Shown one piece after another: positions 50,877-61,165 of a DNA stretch of 64,000 bases. Position numbers and translations under genes: made by a program. The first letter of the stretch is position 1; the number at the start of each line of letters is the position of its first letter. The stretch comes from Acidobacteriota bacterium (lineage in GTDB: Bacteria > Acidobacteriota > UBA4820 > DSQY01), in the NCBI GenBank assembly GCA_049967655.1, contig JBMFSH010000003.1, forward strand, positions 78,937 to 142,936, written 5' to 3'. Below the pieces are notes generated by a model that ran no database searches, was not told the DNA's origin, and was given only the letters and a program-made list of their open reading frames with translations.

Positions 50877-52491
50877 GCCGGCCGGCCGGGGGCCCGAACG
50901 AGTCGATGCGAAGGTCCTGATCGGGGGAGAGTGGTACCAGAAGGAAGACCGCCTGGAGAGCCTCAATCCAGCCACCGGCGAGGTCATCGGATACGCGCCC
51001 CTCTGCAACAGGGAAGACGTGGGTTTGGCCGTGCGCGCCGCCAGGGAGGCGCAGCCCTCTTGGGCGGCCCTGCCGCTGGATCGCCGGATCGGCTATCTGG
51101 AGACGCTGAAGGGGCTGGTGGCCCAGGAGGGCGACGCGCTGGCCTCCCTCATCACCCAGGAATCGGGCAAGCCCCTTCAGGAAGCCCATTTCTTGGAGGT
51201 TCTGGGCACCCTCGATCTCATAACCGGCCTCTGCAAGGGGGCGCCAGCCTATCTGGACGACCGCCGCGTCAGGGGGGGAAGTCCCCTCCTGTGGGGAAAG
51301 CGCCACTGGATTCGCAGGGTGCCGCTCGGCGTAGTGGGAGTGATCTCGCCGTGGAACATGCCGCTGGCCATCCCCATGGGGCAGATTCTCCCCGCCCTTC
51401 TGGCCGGCAACACCGTGGTGTTCAAGCCGTCCGAGTTCGCGCCGCTCGTGGGGACGAAGCTGGCTGGGCTCTTCCACCGGGCGGGCTTCCCTCCCGGTGT
51501 GGTCAACTTGGTGACGGGCGGGCCAGAGACCGGTGCCCACCTCGTGGAAGGCGGATTGGACGGACTCCTCTTCACAGGGTCCACGGGCGCAGGACTCCAG
51601 ATCCAGGCAAAGCTGGCGCCGAGGCTCATCCCCACGGAGCTGGCGTTGGGGGGGAAGGACGCCTTTCTGCTCCTCCCGGACGCCCCCTTCGAGAGGAGCG
51701 TCAACGGGGCCGCGTGGGCGGCCTGCTTCGGGACCGGTCAGGCCTCCACCTCCGCGGAGCGGTTCTTCGTGCCGGCCCACATGAAGGATCGATTCGCCGC
51801 CGCCGTGGCGGCCAAGCTCGGGTCGCTCCGGGTCGGGAATGGCATGGAGGAGGGAGTCGAGGTCGGACCCCTGATCTCACCCCAGCAGCTCGAACGGGTC
51901 GAGGGCCACGTGCAAGAGGCCGTGTCCAAAGGAGCGCGCCTTCTGTGCGGCGGACGGCGACTGCCCGCCCCAGGGTTCTTCTTCGAGCCCACGGTGCTGG
52001 TGGACGTGCCCCTGGACTGCGCTCTCATGACGGAGGAGACCATCGGACCGGTGGTGCCCATCGCGGGGTACGCCGACCTGGATGAGGCGGTCCGATGGAT
52101 CAACGACTCCCGCTACGGCCTGTCGGCTTCGATCTGGACCGCCGACGTGGAGCGGGGCCTTGCCCTCGGGCGTCGGCTGGCCGTGGGCTCCGTCTGGATC
52201 AACGACGTCTCCTACACCCATGCCCAGGCCCAGTTCCCCTGGGGAGGAATGAAGCAGTCCGGATCGGGCCGCACCCACTGGCTGGGTTCGCTCCACGAGT
52301 TGACCTCGATCCAGCTCCTGGGGGCGGACAGAGGTCGGCGGGAGGGAGAGCTCTGGTGGTTTCCCTACGGCCCCGACGGCCTGGATCTGGCCAGGCGGAT
52401 GCGGTTTCTCCTCGCCGAGGGGCTGGCGGGACGCCTCATCAACCTGATACCCTTCTTGAAAGACCTGGTGAAGGTGAGAGGGACTCGTTGA
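50869..52491 (+). CDS. Aldehyde dehydrogenase family protein, apparently lacking the catalytic Cys and Glu
   Basis: PWN, KPSE, FTGS, YGLSASIWT, PWGG present; ELGG replaced by ALGG and GQxC by GQAS. Confidence 0.88.
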   Translation: MSEPAGRGPERVDAKVLIGGEWYQKEDRLESLNPATGEVIGYAPLCNREDVGLAVRAAREAQPSWAALPLDRRIGYLETLKGLVAQEGDALASLITQESGKPLQEAHFLEVLGTLDLITGLCKGAPAYLDDRRVRGGSPLLWGKRHWIRRVPLGVVGVISPWNMPLAIPMGQILPALLAGNTVVFKPSEFAPLVGTKLAGLFHRAGFPPGVVNLVTGGPETGAHLVEGGLDGLLFTGSTGAGLQIQAKLAPRLIPTELALGGKDAFLLLPDAPFERSVNGAAWAACFGTGQASTSAERFFVPAHMKDRFAAAVAAKLGSLRVGNGMEEGVEVGPLISPQQLERVEGHVQEAVSKGARLLCGGRRLPAPGFFFEPTVLVDVPLDCALMTEETIGPVVPIAGYADLDEAVRWINDSRYGLSASIWTADVERGLALGRRLAVGSVWINDVSYTHAQAQFPWGGMKQSGSGRTHWLGSLHELTSIQLLGADRGRREGELWWFPYGPDGLDLARRMRFLLAEGLAGRLINLIPFLKDLVKVRGTR

Positions 52492-52492
52492 G

Positions 52493-53209
52493 ATGCTGCA
52501 CGTGGGGATTACGGCGGACTGGGAAGAGGGCGAAGGAGATCGAAAGCTCGTCCTGAACCGGCAGTACTTCGAGTGGGTCAAGGGAGCGGGGCTCCTGCCC
52601 GTTGCGCTGCCGGCGCTTCCGGGCTCCGAGGCCGAGGCCCTGGCGGGCCTGTCGGCCCTGGTGCTCTCGGGAGGCCACGACATTGCCCCCTCCCTCTACG
52701 GAGCCGATCCGGAGCCCCGTCCCGGGGAGCGCTATTCCCACCCCGATCGGACGGCGTTTGAATTTACGCTCCTCTGGCGCTGCCTGAAGCTCGGCGTTCC
52801 CGTTCTGGGCATCTGTCTGGGATGCCAGACCATCAACGCGGCCCTCGGCGGCGACCTGATCCGGCACCTGGAGGATCCCCATCTGCGACACCGCCGAAGC
52901 GCTCCCGGCAGGCCCTCTCCCCGCCACCGTCTTCACGTGGAGCCGGGAACCCTGGTGGCCAGCCTCTACCCCGGCCGGGGCACAAGGGTTCACTCCTCCC
53001 ATCACCAGGCCGTGGGGAAGCTGGCGGCGGGCTGGAGGATTACGGCGTGGGGCCCCGATGAGGTGCCCGAAGCTATCGAGCACCCCGCGTATCCGAACGT
53101 TCTTGGCGTCCAATGGCACCCAGAGCGGACGCCGCGATCCCCGTTTTCGCGCAACCTCGGCCGCTGGCTCAGGGACCAGGCGGAGAGGTATGGCGGGCAT
53201 GGCGGATGA
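52493..53209 (+). CDS. Peptidase C26 / gamma-glutamyl-GABA hydrolase family
   Basis: LSGG.D, GICLGCQ, SSHHQAV, QWHPE. Confidence 0.88.
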   Translation: MLHVGITADWEEGEGDRKLVLNRQYFEWVKGAGLLPVALPALPGSEAEALAGLSALVLSGGHDIAPSLYGADPEPRPGERYSHPDRTAFEFTLLWRCLKLGVPVLGICLGCQTINAALGGDLIRHLEDPHLRHRRSAPGRPSPRHRLHVEPGTLVASLYPGRGTRVHSSHHQAVGKLAAGWRITAWGPDEVPEAIEHPAYPNVLGVQWHPERTPRSPFSRNLGRWLRDQAERYGGHGG

Positions 53210-53302
53210 AGGACGACCGATGAGGAATGAAGAAAACGATGCGCGGATGAGCCCATCGCTCCCCGCTTCCCTGTTGCCCCGTTTCCCCGGCTCGATCTTG
53301 GC

Positions 53303-55246
53303 ATGAAAGGCCCCCGCCCGGAGGAGCCCGACTTTCGAGCGTTGCTCGGCCCCGGCGGGCCGCTGGCGAGGGAACCCTTCTACGAGCACCGGCCCGGCCA
53401 GGAGGAGATGGCCGCCGCCGTTTGGCGCGCCCTGCGCCACGAGGGGTTCCTGTTGGCCGAGGCGGGGACGGGAACGGGGAAAAGCCTGGCCTATCTGCTC
53501 CCGGCCGCCCACTTGGACCGGAGGGTCGTGATCTCGACGGGCACCAAGGCGCTCCAGGAGCAGCTGGCCAGGAAGGACATCCCGCTCCTGGAGCGGATTT
53601 TGGAGCGGCCCGTGCGAGCCGTCACGGTCAAGGGGCGCGCCAACTACCTGTGCCTCCATTACTGGCGCCGCTTTCTGGCGGAGCCCCTCTTCACCTCTCC
53701 GGCGGACGCGGCCTACCTGAGACGGTTGGAGGCTTGGGCCGCCTCCACCAAGACGGGCGACAAGGCCGAGTGGGACGGGATTCCCGAGGACCTCCCCACC
53801 TGGCGGGAGATCAACGCGCGGGGCGAGCGCTGCCTGGGCTCCTCCTGTCCTCTGTTCGGCGACTGCCACGTGGTCCAGCTCAGGCGTCAGGCCGAGGCCG
53901 CCGATCTGGTGGTGACGAACCACCACCTCCTCTGCGCCGACCTGGCGCTGAAGAACCGCTGGGACGCCGCCGCCCTGCCCGAGTACGCGCACCTCGTCAT
54001 GGACGAGGCCCACGAGGCGGAGGAGGCGGCCACCTCGTTCTTCGGGGTGAGCGTCAGCCGCCGCATGGTGCAGGAGTGGCTCCACGACGCGGCGAAAGTC
54101 GCCGGCGGGGGCGAAGGCAATCTGAACCGCATCCTGCAGGACGCGACGCAGGCCGTGCTCTTCTTCTTCGGGCCCATGGAGGCTCGCGGAGAGAGGCGGG
54201 AGGTCATTCGTAGGGGCCATCTCGGGGCGGGGGAGGAGGCCCTGCGCGAGAGGATGGACAACGCGCTGGACGCCGCGGGCCTCGCCTTGCAGGCCACGGA
54301 CGGCGGGGGCGAGGTGGAGGGGCTGCTGGGCCGGCTCGAAGCTCTTATGGATGCCGTGGAGTTCGTGCTGGACGGCGCGGACGACGCCTATGTGCGCTAC
54401 GTGGAGGTCCGCGGCCGTAACGTGATCCTAGGCGCCAGCCCCATCGACGTGGGGGATCTGATGCGCGAGAACCTCTACGGCCGGCTCAACGGCGCCGCCT
54501 TCACCTCGGCCACCCTCACGGTCGGGGGCTCCTTCGCCTACTTCAGAAGCCGCATGGGAATCCCGGAGACGGCCGAGGAGCTCCGTCTGCCCAGTCCGTT
54601 CGACTACGGCCGGCAGGGCCTCCTCTACATCCCGGCGCGATTTCCGGACCCCGGCGATGAAGGGTTTCTGGATGCCCTCCTGGAGGCCCTCCCGCCGCTG
54701 ATCGGCTTCTCCCGCGGCCGGGCCTTCGTGCTGTGCACCTCCTACCGCAACATGCGGGCCGTGGCCCAGTCCCTGGAAGCCGTGCTGCCCTTCCCGGTTC
54801 TGGTCCAGGGTGAGGAGCCCAAGGCGCTGCTGCTGGAGCGTTTCCGGCAGGCGGGCAACGCGGTGCTCGTGGCCACCGCCTCCTTCTGGCAGGGCGTGGA
54901 CGTTCAGGGCGAGGCCCTTTCTCTTGTGGTCATCGACAAGCTGCCCTTCGCCGCCCCCAACGATCCCCTGACCCAGGCGAGGATCGAACGCCTGCGAAAG
55001 TCCGGACAGGACCCCTTCACGGGCTACCAGGTGCCCATGGCCGCCATCATGCTCCAGCAGGGGGTGGGCCGCCTGATCCGCTCCACGCGCGATCGGGGCG
55101 TGGTGGCTTGCTTTGACGTGAGGCTGAGGAGGAGATCCTACGGCCGGCTGCTGCTGGCCTCGCTTCCCGCCTTCGCCGTGACCGAGAGCCTGGATTCGGT
55201 GGAGGCCTTCTTCTCCTCCGAAGCCGAGGAGGAGGCGGCGCCTTGA
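53303..55246 (+). CDS. DinG/YoaA family helicase
   Basis: EAGTGTGKS, KGRANYLC, DEAH, SATL, SPFDY, GRLIR. Confidence 0.93.
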   Translation: MKGPRPEEPDFRALLGPGGPLAREPFYEHRPGQEEMAAAVWRALRHEGFLLAEAGTGTGKSLAYLLPAAHLDRRVVISTGTKALQEQLARKDIPLLERILERPVRAVTVKGRANYLCLHYWRRFLAEPLFTSPADAAYLRRLEAWAASTKTGDKAEWDGIPEDLPTWREINARGERCLGSSCPLFGDCHVVQLRRQAEAADLVVTNHHLLCADLALKNRWDAAALPEYAHLVMDEAHEAEEAATSFFGVSVSRRMVQEWLHDAAKVAGGGEGNLNRILQDATQAVLFFFGPMEARGERREVIRRGHLGAGEEALRERMDNALDAAGLALQATDGGGEVEGLLGRLEALMDAVEFVLDGADDAYVRYVEVRGRNVILGASPIDVGDLMRENLYGRLNGAAFTSATLTVGGSFAYFRSRMGIPETAEELRLPSPFDYGRQGLLYIPARFPDPGDEGFLDALLEALPPLIGFSRGRAFVLCTSYRNMRAVAQSLEAVLPFPVLVQGEEPKALLLERFRQAGNAVLVATASFWQGVDVQGEALSLVVIDKLPFAAPNDPLTQARIERLRKSGQDPFTGYQVPMAAIMLQQGVGRLIRSTRDRGVVACFDVRLRRRSYGRLLLASLPAFAVTESLDSVEAFFSSEAEEEAAP

Positions 55247-56697
55247 ATCGCGGAAGGGTCAAAGCCTCGCGGGTCAGGGTCCTGGCCGCCGCGGTTGGCT
55301 TGGGCTTTCCCTTAGCCGCGCTGCCCCAGGAACCGGGCCCGACCCACGCCGCCATCGGCGAGCTGCTCCCGCTCTGGTCCGTCTTGCCCTTCGCGGGAAT
55401 CCTGCTCTCCATAGCCCTCTTTCCGCTGATGGCTCCGCACTTCTGGCACCGGCACTACCCCAAGGTCTCCCTCTTCTGGGCGCTGGTCTTCGGCGTGCCC
55501 TTCCTGCTGGTCTACCGAATGAGCGCCTGGCACGAGGTGCTCCACATCTACCTCGTGGACTACGTCCCGTTCATCATCCTCCTCTGGGGCCTCTTCGCGG
55601 TGTCGGGGGGATTGGTCCTGCGGGGGACCATGGCCGGGACACCCGAGGTGAATACGACCTTCCTCCTGATCGGCACGGTCATCGCTTCGTGGACCGGCAC
55701 CACGGGCGCGGCCATGCTGCTCATCCGCCCCCTGCTGCGGGCCAACGCCGGCCGGCGCCACAAGGCCCACGTGGTGGTTTTCTTCATCTTCCTGGTGGCC
55801 AACATCGGAGGGGGCCTGACGCCGCTCGGCGATCCGCCCCTCTTCCTGGGGTTCCTGCACGGCGTGCCCTTCTTCTGGACGCTGCGGCTTCTGCCCATGA
55901 TGGGTGTGGCCTCCGTGGCGCTCCTCGCCGCGTTTTACGCCATGGACAGGCATTACTTCCGGAAGGAGCCTGGAGGGGTCCTGGTGAAAGAGGAGGAGTC
56001 TAAAACGCCGCTCCGCTTGGACGGCTGGCACAACCTCATCTTCCTCGCAGGCATCCTGGCGGCCGTCCTGCTGTCGGGCTTCTGGCACGCCGGTTCGGTG
56101 GTTCTCCTCGGGGTCCACCTGGAGATCCAGGACCTCGTTCGCGACGCCGTCATCCTAGCCATGGTGTTTCTCTCAGTGTGGACCACTCGCCGAAGCCTGC
56201 GGGAGGACAACGGTTTCACGTGGGAGCCCATGCGGGAGGTGGCCGTCCTCTTCGCCGGAATCTTCGCCACCATCATCCCGGCCTTGGCCATCCTGAAGGC
56301 GGGCGAGAGCGGCCACTTGGCCTTCCTGGTCGCCTCCGTCCGCGAGCCGTGGGAATACTTCTGGGCATCGGGTGGGCTCTCGTCCTTTCTGGACAACGCC
56401 CCCACCTACCTGACCTTCTTCAACATGCAGATCGGACGGTTCTATCCCGGGTTGCCGGAATCCCAGGCGGTCGCCCAGCTGATCCACGCGCACGCCCGAT
56501 TTCTCGAAGCGGTGGCGACGGGGGCGGTCTTCATGGGGGCCAACAGCTACATCGGGAACGCGCCCAACTTCATGGTGCGGGCCATCGCCGAGGAGGCGGG
56601 GGTGGATATGCCCTCCTTCTTCGGCTACCTGTTCAAGTGGGCCGTTCCCATCCTCCTCCCGCTTTTCGTGCTCATCAGTCTTATATTCTTCCTGTGA
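55243..56697 (+). CDS. Putative Na+/H+ antiporter (ion transporter superfamily)
   Basis: GTTGAAMLLIRP, LTPLGDPPLFLG, SSFLDNAPTYL, YIGNAPNF; many TMs. Confidence 0.82.
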   Translation: MNRGRVKASRVRVLAAAVGLGFPLAALPQEPGPTHAAIGELLPLWSVLPFAGILLSIALFPLMAPHFWHRHYPKVSLFWALVFGVPFLLVYRMSAWHEVLHIYLVDYVPFIILLWGLFAVSGGLVLRGTMAGTPEVNTTFLLIGTVIASWTGTTGAAMLLIRPLLRANAGRRHKAHVVVFFIFLVANIGGGLTPLGDPPLFLGFLHGVPFFWTLRLLPMMGVASVALLAAFYAMDRHYFRKEPGGVLVKEEESKTPLRLDGWHNLIFLAGILAAVLLSGFWHAGSVVLLGVHLEIQDLVRDAVILAMVFLSVWTTRRSLREDNGFTWEPMREVAVLFAGIFATIIPALAILKAGESGHLAFLVASVREPWEYFWASGGLSSFLDNAPTYLTFFNMQIGRFYPGLPESQAVAQLIHAHARFLEAVATGAVFMGANSYIGNAPNFMVRAIAEEAGVDMPSFFGYLFKWAVPILLPLFVLISLIFFL

Positions 56698-56717
56698 TTG
56701 GGTTGTAGGAGGCGGCC

Positions 56718-57299
56718 ATGGCGGTCAAATACGCCGAGCTGGTGGTCGACGGCCCACGGGGATGGGACATCGGGTTCTTCCGCGGTTTTCTGCGCGCAAA
56801 GGGGCTGGTGGACAGGGTCCTGAACGCGGAGGCCGAGGGGTTCGACTGCACCGGCCTCCGGGAGCAACTGAGGGAACTCCTGCACCCCGCCGCTGAGACT
56901 CTGCACCTCCTCGTTCCCGAGGAGCTCGTGCCCGAGGTTCTCGCTGCCGTGGACGATTCGTCGAAGGCGGGAAGAGCCATGGCGGTGCGCTACCGGCGAA
57001 GCGTCGCGGGAGCCCGGTTCCAATTCACGGTCCACGTCTTTTCGAAGGAGCATGCGGAGCGCGTGAGGGCGATCTTCGAGGGCCTTCCGGAAGGGGTGGC
57101 GCTCTCCCCCGACGCGTCCTTCGAGGAGATCGTGGATGAGGGCGTGAGAGGCGTGGACCTGTACGCGCCCGTGCACGCCTATGAGATGAAGGGGGAGGGA
57201 GCCGTGGAGGGGGAGCTGGAGGGGGTGCTGGCCCTCCATCGAACCTGCCGGGACGACGAGCAGGTTCACCCGGGGGCGCTCCACGTTCTAGCCGAATAG
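56718..57299 (+). CDS. Hypothetical protein
   Basis: AGGAGG RBS and coding-like codon usage; no motif recognised. Confidence 0.7.
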   Translation: MAVKYAELVVDGPRGWDIGFFRGFLRAKGLVDRVLNAEAEGFDCTGLREQLRELLHPAAETLHLLVPEELVPEVLAAVDDSSKAGRAMAVRYRRSVAGARFQFTVHVFSKEHAERVRAIFEGLPEGVALSPDASFEEIVDEGVRGVDLYAPVHAYEMKGEGAVEGELEGVLALHRTCRDDEQVHPGALHVLAE

Positions 57300-57433
57300 G
57301 GCCCGCTCGCCGCAAAGACACGAAGGCGTCCGGGGTCTTCTTCGGGCCACCCGTGCCAAGGTTCCCCTGCGCTCGCCCTCGATCTCTCTTCCGGTGTCTG
57401 GGTGGCTGGGAGGTGAACCCATGGGCTGCCCCC

Positions 57434-57466
57434 AAAAAAAGAGGGCGGGGAGTGAACCCCGCCCTC
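57434..57466 (-). terminator. Intrinsic terminator after hppA
   Basis: Minus strand GAGGGCGGGG-TTCACT-CCCCGCCCTC-TTTTTTT. Confidence 0.85.
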
Positions 57467-57488
57467 GATGTTTCCGTCAGGCTCTCGC

Positions 57489-59729
57489 CTAGATGAACAG
57501 GGGCGCGAGCACCAGCGTGATGGTGGAGAGCAGCTTGATAAGAACGTGCAGGGACGGGCCGGCGGTGTCCTTGAAGGGGTCGCCGACGGTGTCGCCCACC
57601 ACGGCCGCGCCGTGGGTGGGGTTCTTCACCTTGTTGCCCTGGGCGTCGGTCAGGTACTTGCCGCCGTGGGCACCGGATTCGATGTATTTCTTGGCGTTGT
57701 CCCACGCGCCGCCGCCGTTGTTGAGGAAGAGGGCCATGAGGATGCCGCCGATAGTCCCAACCATCAGCAGTCCCGCGACGGCCTCGGCAGCGATCAGGGG
57801 GTGTGCCGACGAAGCGAAGAGGATCCTGAAGAGGATGCCCGTGGCGATGGGGGTCAGGACCACGAGAAGCCCGGGGGCCACCATCTGACGGAGGGCGGAC
57901 TTGGTGACGATGTCCACGCAGGAGCCGTAATCCGGCTTGAAGTCCTTGGGGAACTGGATCATGTCGTTCAACCTGGGCAGCTTGGCGTACTGCCTGCGGA
58001 CCTCGGCGATGATGGCCTGGGCCGCCTTGCCCACGGCGCGGATCGCCATGGAGGAGAAGAGGAAGACCAGGGTGGCCCCGATGAGCCCACCCACGAAGAC
58101 CACGGGCTTGCTCAGGTCCACGCCACCGAGCGGCTTGCCGGCGTACTTACCAACCTCATCCATGTAGGCCTGGAACAGCAGGAAGGCGGCGAGGCCCGCG
58201 GAGCCCACGGCGTAGCCCTTGGTCAGGGCCTTGGTGGTGTTGCCCACGGCGTCCAGGCGGTCGGTCTTCTTGCGGATCTCCTCCGGCTGTTCCGACATCT
58301 CGACGATGCCGCCGGCGTTGTCGGTGATCGGCCCGAAGGTGTCCATGGCCAGGATGTAGGCCGCCGTGGCGAGCATGCCCATGGTGGCCACGGCCGTCCC
58401 GAAGAGGCCCGCGCCGGGAAGCCCGGGGATGCTCTCACCCAGGAAATAGGAGATCAGAAGGGCGGCGCTCATGGAGAGGGCGGGCATCCAGACGCACTCG
58501 AGGCCGACGCCGATGCCGGCGATGATGTTCGTCGCGGGCCCCGTGGTGGAGGCCTCGGCGATGGACTGCACGGGGCGGAATCGATACTCGGTGTAGTACT
58601 GCGTAATGTAGACGAAGGCGACGGAGCAGAGGACGCCCACGATCCCGCAGAGGTAGAAGTGCCACCAGGCATCGGGCGCCTTGGGGCTGTTGAGGAGCCA
58701 GTAGGTGGCTCCGCCGAAGGCGATCATGGCCAGGACCACGGCCACGTAATAGCCTCGGTTCAGGGCCTGCATGGGGTCCATCTTCTCTTCCTTGTCCATA
58801 CGAACGGACATGATCCCGATGATGCAGGCGATAATGCCGAAGGCGCGGGCCACGAGGGGGAACATCATGACGCCGATGATGCCCATGGAGAAGCCCACCC
58901 CCAACTTATCGGCGGCAGAGGCCAGGGAGGCCCCGAGGATCATGGCGCCGATGTTCTCGGCGGCGGTGGATTCGAAGAGGTCGGCGCCGCGGCCGGCGCA
59001 GTCGCCCACGTTGTCGCCCACCAGGTCGGCGATAACGGCGGGGTTGCGCGGGTCGTCCTCAGGGATGCCCGCCTCCACCTTGCCCACGAGGTCGGCGCCC
59101 ACATCGGCGGCCTTGGTGTAGATTCCTCCGCCGAGCTGGGCAAACAGGGCCACGAAGGAGGCACCGAAGCCGTAGCCGATGATGAGCAGGGGGATGTCCT
59201 CGGGCTTGGCCGTCTTGGAGGCATCCACGATGGCGTACAGCCCGGCCACGCCCAGGAGGCTCATGGCCACCACGAGAAGGCCAGACACCGCGCCGCCGCG
59301 CAGGGCGATCTGAAGCGCGTCGTTCAGGCTGGTGAGGGCCGCGTTTGCGGTCCGAATGTTGCTTCGAATCGAAACCCACATGCCCACGTAACCGGCGAAC
59401 ACCGAACAGAGGGCGCCGAGGACGAAGGAGAGGGTGATCCAGAAGGCTAGGTGCAAGGGGCTCTGAACTGGGTCGAACGGGTGGTGGGCACGGAGAAAGC
59501 CGTAGCCGATGAAGAGGACGGCGGCGAAGAGGACCGCTAGAACCAGAATGGTCCGATTCTGCCTGCGCAGGAAAGCTTCAGCCCCCTCCTTGATGGCGTC
59601 CGAGATGCGCCGCATGGCCTCGGAGCCGGTGGGCTTGCCCACGACCCATCGGGCAAGGAAGGCCGCGAACAACAGCCCGAAGACGCTGATCCCGATGATC
59701 AGACTCATCAGCAACCACAATTCACTCAT
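57489..59729 (-). CDS. hppA: Membrane pyrophosphatase, K+-independent H+-pumping type
   Basis: DVGADLVGKVE, DNVGD, DNAGG, GNTTKA (Lys determinant), GDTVGDPFKD. Confidence 0.95.
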   Translation of the reverse strand: MSELWLLMSLIIGISVFGLLFAAFLARWVVGKPTGSEAMRRISDAIKEGAEAFLRRQNRTILVLAVLFAAVLFIGYGFLRAHHPFDPVQSPLHLAFWITLSFVLGALCSVFAGYVGMWVSIRSNIRTANAALTSLNDALQIALRGGAVSGLLVVAMSLLGVAGLYAIVDASKTAKPEDIPLLIIGYGFGASFVALFAQLGGGIYTKAADVGADLVGKVEAGIPEDDPRNPAVIADLVGDNVGDCAGRGADLFESTAAENIGAMILGASLASAADKLGVGFSMGIIGVMMFPLVARAFGIIACIIGIMSVRMDKEEKMDPMQALNRGYYVAVVLAMIAFGGATYWLLNSPKAPDAWWHFYLCGIVGVLCSVAFVYITQYYTEYRFRPVQSIAEASTTGPATNIIAGIGVGLECVWMPALSMSAALLISYFLGESIPGLPGAGLFGTAVATMGMLATAAYILAMDTFGPITDNAGGIVEMSEQPEEIRKKTDRLDAVGNTTKALTKGYAVGSAGLAAFLLFQAYMDEVGKYAGKPLGGVDLSKPVVFVGGLIGATLVFLFSSMAIRAVGKAAQAIIAEVRRQYAKLPRLNDMIQFPKDFKPDYGSCVDIVTKSALRQMVAPGLLVVLTPIATGILFRILFASSAHPLIAAEAVAGLLMVGTIGGILMALFLNNGGGAWDNAKKYIESGAHGGKYLTDAQGNKVKNPTHGAAVVGDTVGDPFKDTAGPSLHVLIKLLSTITLVLAPLFI

Positions 59730-60169
59730 GGCGACTCTCCTTCATGGACTCTGTACATGGGTTCTGTCGAAGTGAGATCATGGCCCCCCCATTTGCGTAA
59801 GTCTCAAGCAAGAAGGAATCATAGTGCGGCATTCGGGCTTGCGAGTCAAGAGGAAAAAACGAAACAACCTGATGCGCCCGGGATGGCTACTGCGATCACG
59901 GGTAAAGCGAATCCGAGGAGTGAGAGTTCCGGCTCCGCTCGCTTTGAGAGGGGAGGGCGGAACCCCCTCCACTCGCAGTACCGTTGCCAGAGAAAGGGCA
60001 ACAGGGCGAAAAAATCGCTGAGAGGCGTATGGGGGAATTGCCGCAGGCCTTCCGAGTGGCCGGCATGTGTGCCGGGTCCGTATGGGCGAAGTGCCCGCCG
60101 GGAAATAGAGAGCGCCCGGGAACGAGCGCTATCGCGCCGCCGGGGTTGTCAGAGGAACAGGAAATGGAA

Positions 60170-60197
60170 GCGGGGGGAATGTCTCCATTCCCCCCGC
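60170..60197 (-). terminator. Hairpin / probable terminator after the exbD genes
   Basis: GCGGGGGGAATG-TCTC-CATTCCCCCCGC, followed on the minus strand by TTCCATTT. Confidence 0.6.
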
Positions 60198-60262
60198 GAC
60201 TGGCTCGAGACTGTGGTTCAGGGTTGGTTCAAAGCCGGAGTATGAAGCCCCGGCCGGTAGGC

Positions 60263-60667
60263 TCAGTTCAGCACGAAGCCGATCGTCTCCACCTTGCCCT
60301 GGCCCCGGGCGATGTCCAGGGCTTTGATGACCGTCTCGTACGGCACCTTGTTGTCGGCGTCGACAAAGAGGACCTTGTCCGCCCGAGTGGCGTAGATGGC
60401 CCCGAGCTTCTCCCCAAGATCCTGCATGCTGACAGGTCCTTTGTTGATGGCCATGCTTCCATCCGCGGCGATCTGGAGCACGATCGCGTTGCTGTTCGAC
60501 GGGTTGGAGCTGGGCGGAGCCTTCGGGGGCACCTGAGTTTCAAAGCCCGTCTGCATGATGGGAGTGATCACCATGAAGATGATCAGCAGCACCAGCAGAA
60601 TGTCCACCAGGGGCGTGATGTTGATGTCCGACTTGGGGCCGCCGCTGCTTTTCACGTCCATGCTCAT
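60263..60667 (-). CDS. exbD: ExbD/TolR family protein
   Basis: INITPLVDILLVLLIIFMV. Confidence 0.9.
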   Translation of the reverse strand: MSMDVKSSGGPKSDINITPLVDILLVLLIIFMVITPIMQTGFETQVPPKAPPSSNPSNSNAIVLQIAADGSMAINKGPVSMQDLGEKLGAIYATRADKVLFVDADNKVPYETVIKALDIARGQGKVETIGFVLN

Positions 60668-60682
60668 GGCTTAACCCCTTTC

Positions 60683-61150
60683 CTAGCCGTTGCCCGCGAC
60701 CGCGGAGGCAGCGTTACCGGTTACGGGACGTCCCTGTGCATCGACGTGCTGGGAGACGAGCCCCACACCCTTGAACCCAACGGCCTGCGTGTAGCGGAGA
60801 ACGTCCTTCACCTGGCCAAAGTCCAGACGCTTGTCCCCCTTGATATAAACGTTGCGGCCGGGATTCCGGGCGTAAGCTTCTTGCAGGTCGTCTTTCAGGA
60901 CGTCGATGGGTACCCACTTGTCCCCGTAATAGATCTTGCCATCGGCCTGGATGCTGATGGTGACGTTAGATTCCTTCTCCGGCTCGTTTGAGGGGCTCAT
61001 GGCCGTGGGCAACTGAACCGGGACGCCCTTCTGGAGCAGGGGCGTGACCACCATGAAGATGATCAGGAGCACCAGGCACACGTCGCAGAAGGGCGTGACG
61101 TTGATGTCATTCTTGAATCCCCCGCTGCCGTTGCCTACATCCATACTCAT
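60683..61150 (-). CDS. exbD: ExbD/TolR family protein
   Basis: INVTPFCDVCLVLLIIFMV, IKGD. Confidence 0.9.
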   Translation of the reverse strand: MSMDVGNGSGGFKNDINVTPFCDVCLVLLIIFMVVTPLLQKGVPVQLPTAMSPSNEPEKESNVTISIQADGKIYYGDKWVPIDVLKDDLQEAYARNPGRNVYIKGDKRLDFGQVKDVLRYTQAVGFKGVGLVSQHVDAQGRPVTGNAASAVAGNG

Positions 61151-61165
61151 GGTGACCTCCTGGCT

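Noticed and set aside
59730..60260. Riboswitch (Na+, fluoride, c-di-AMP) upstream of hppA
   Set aside because: No consensus motif recognised by eye; an Infernal/Rfam scan would be needed to exclude it.
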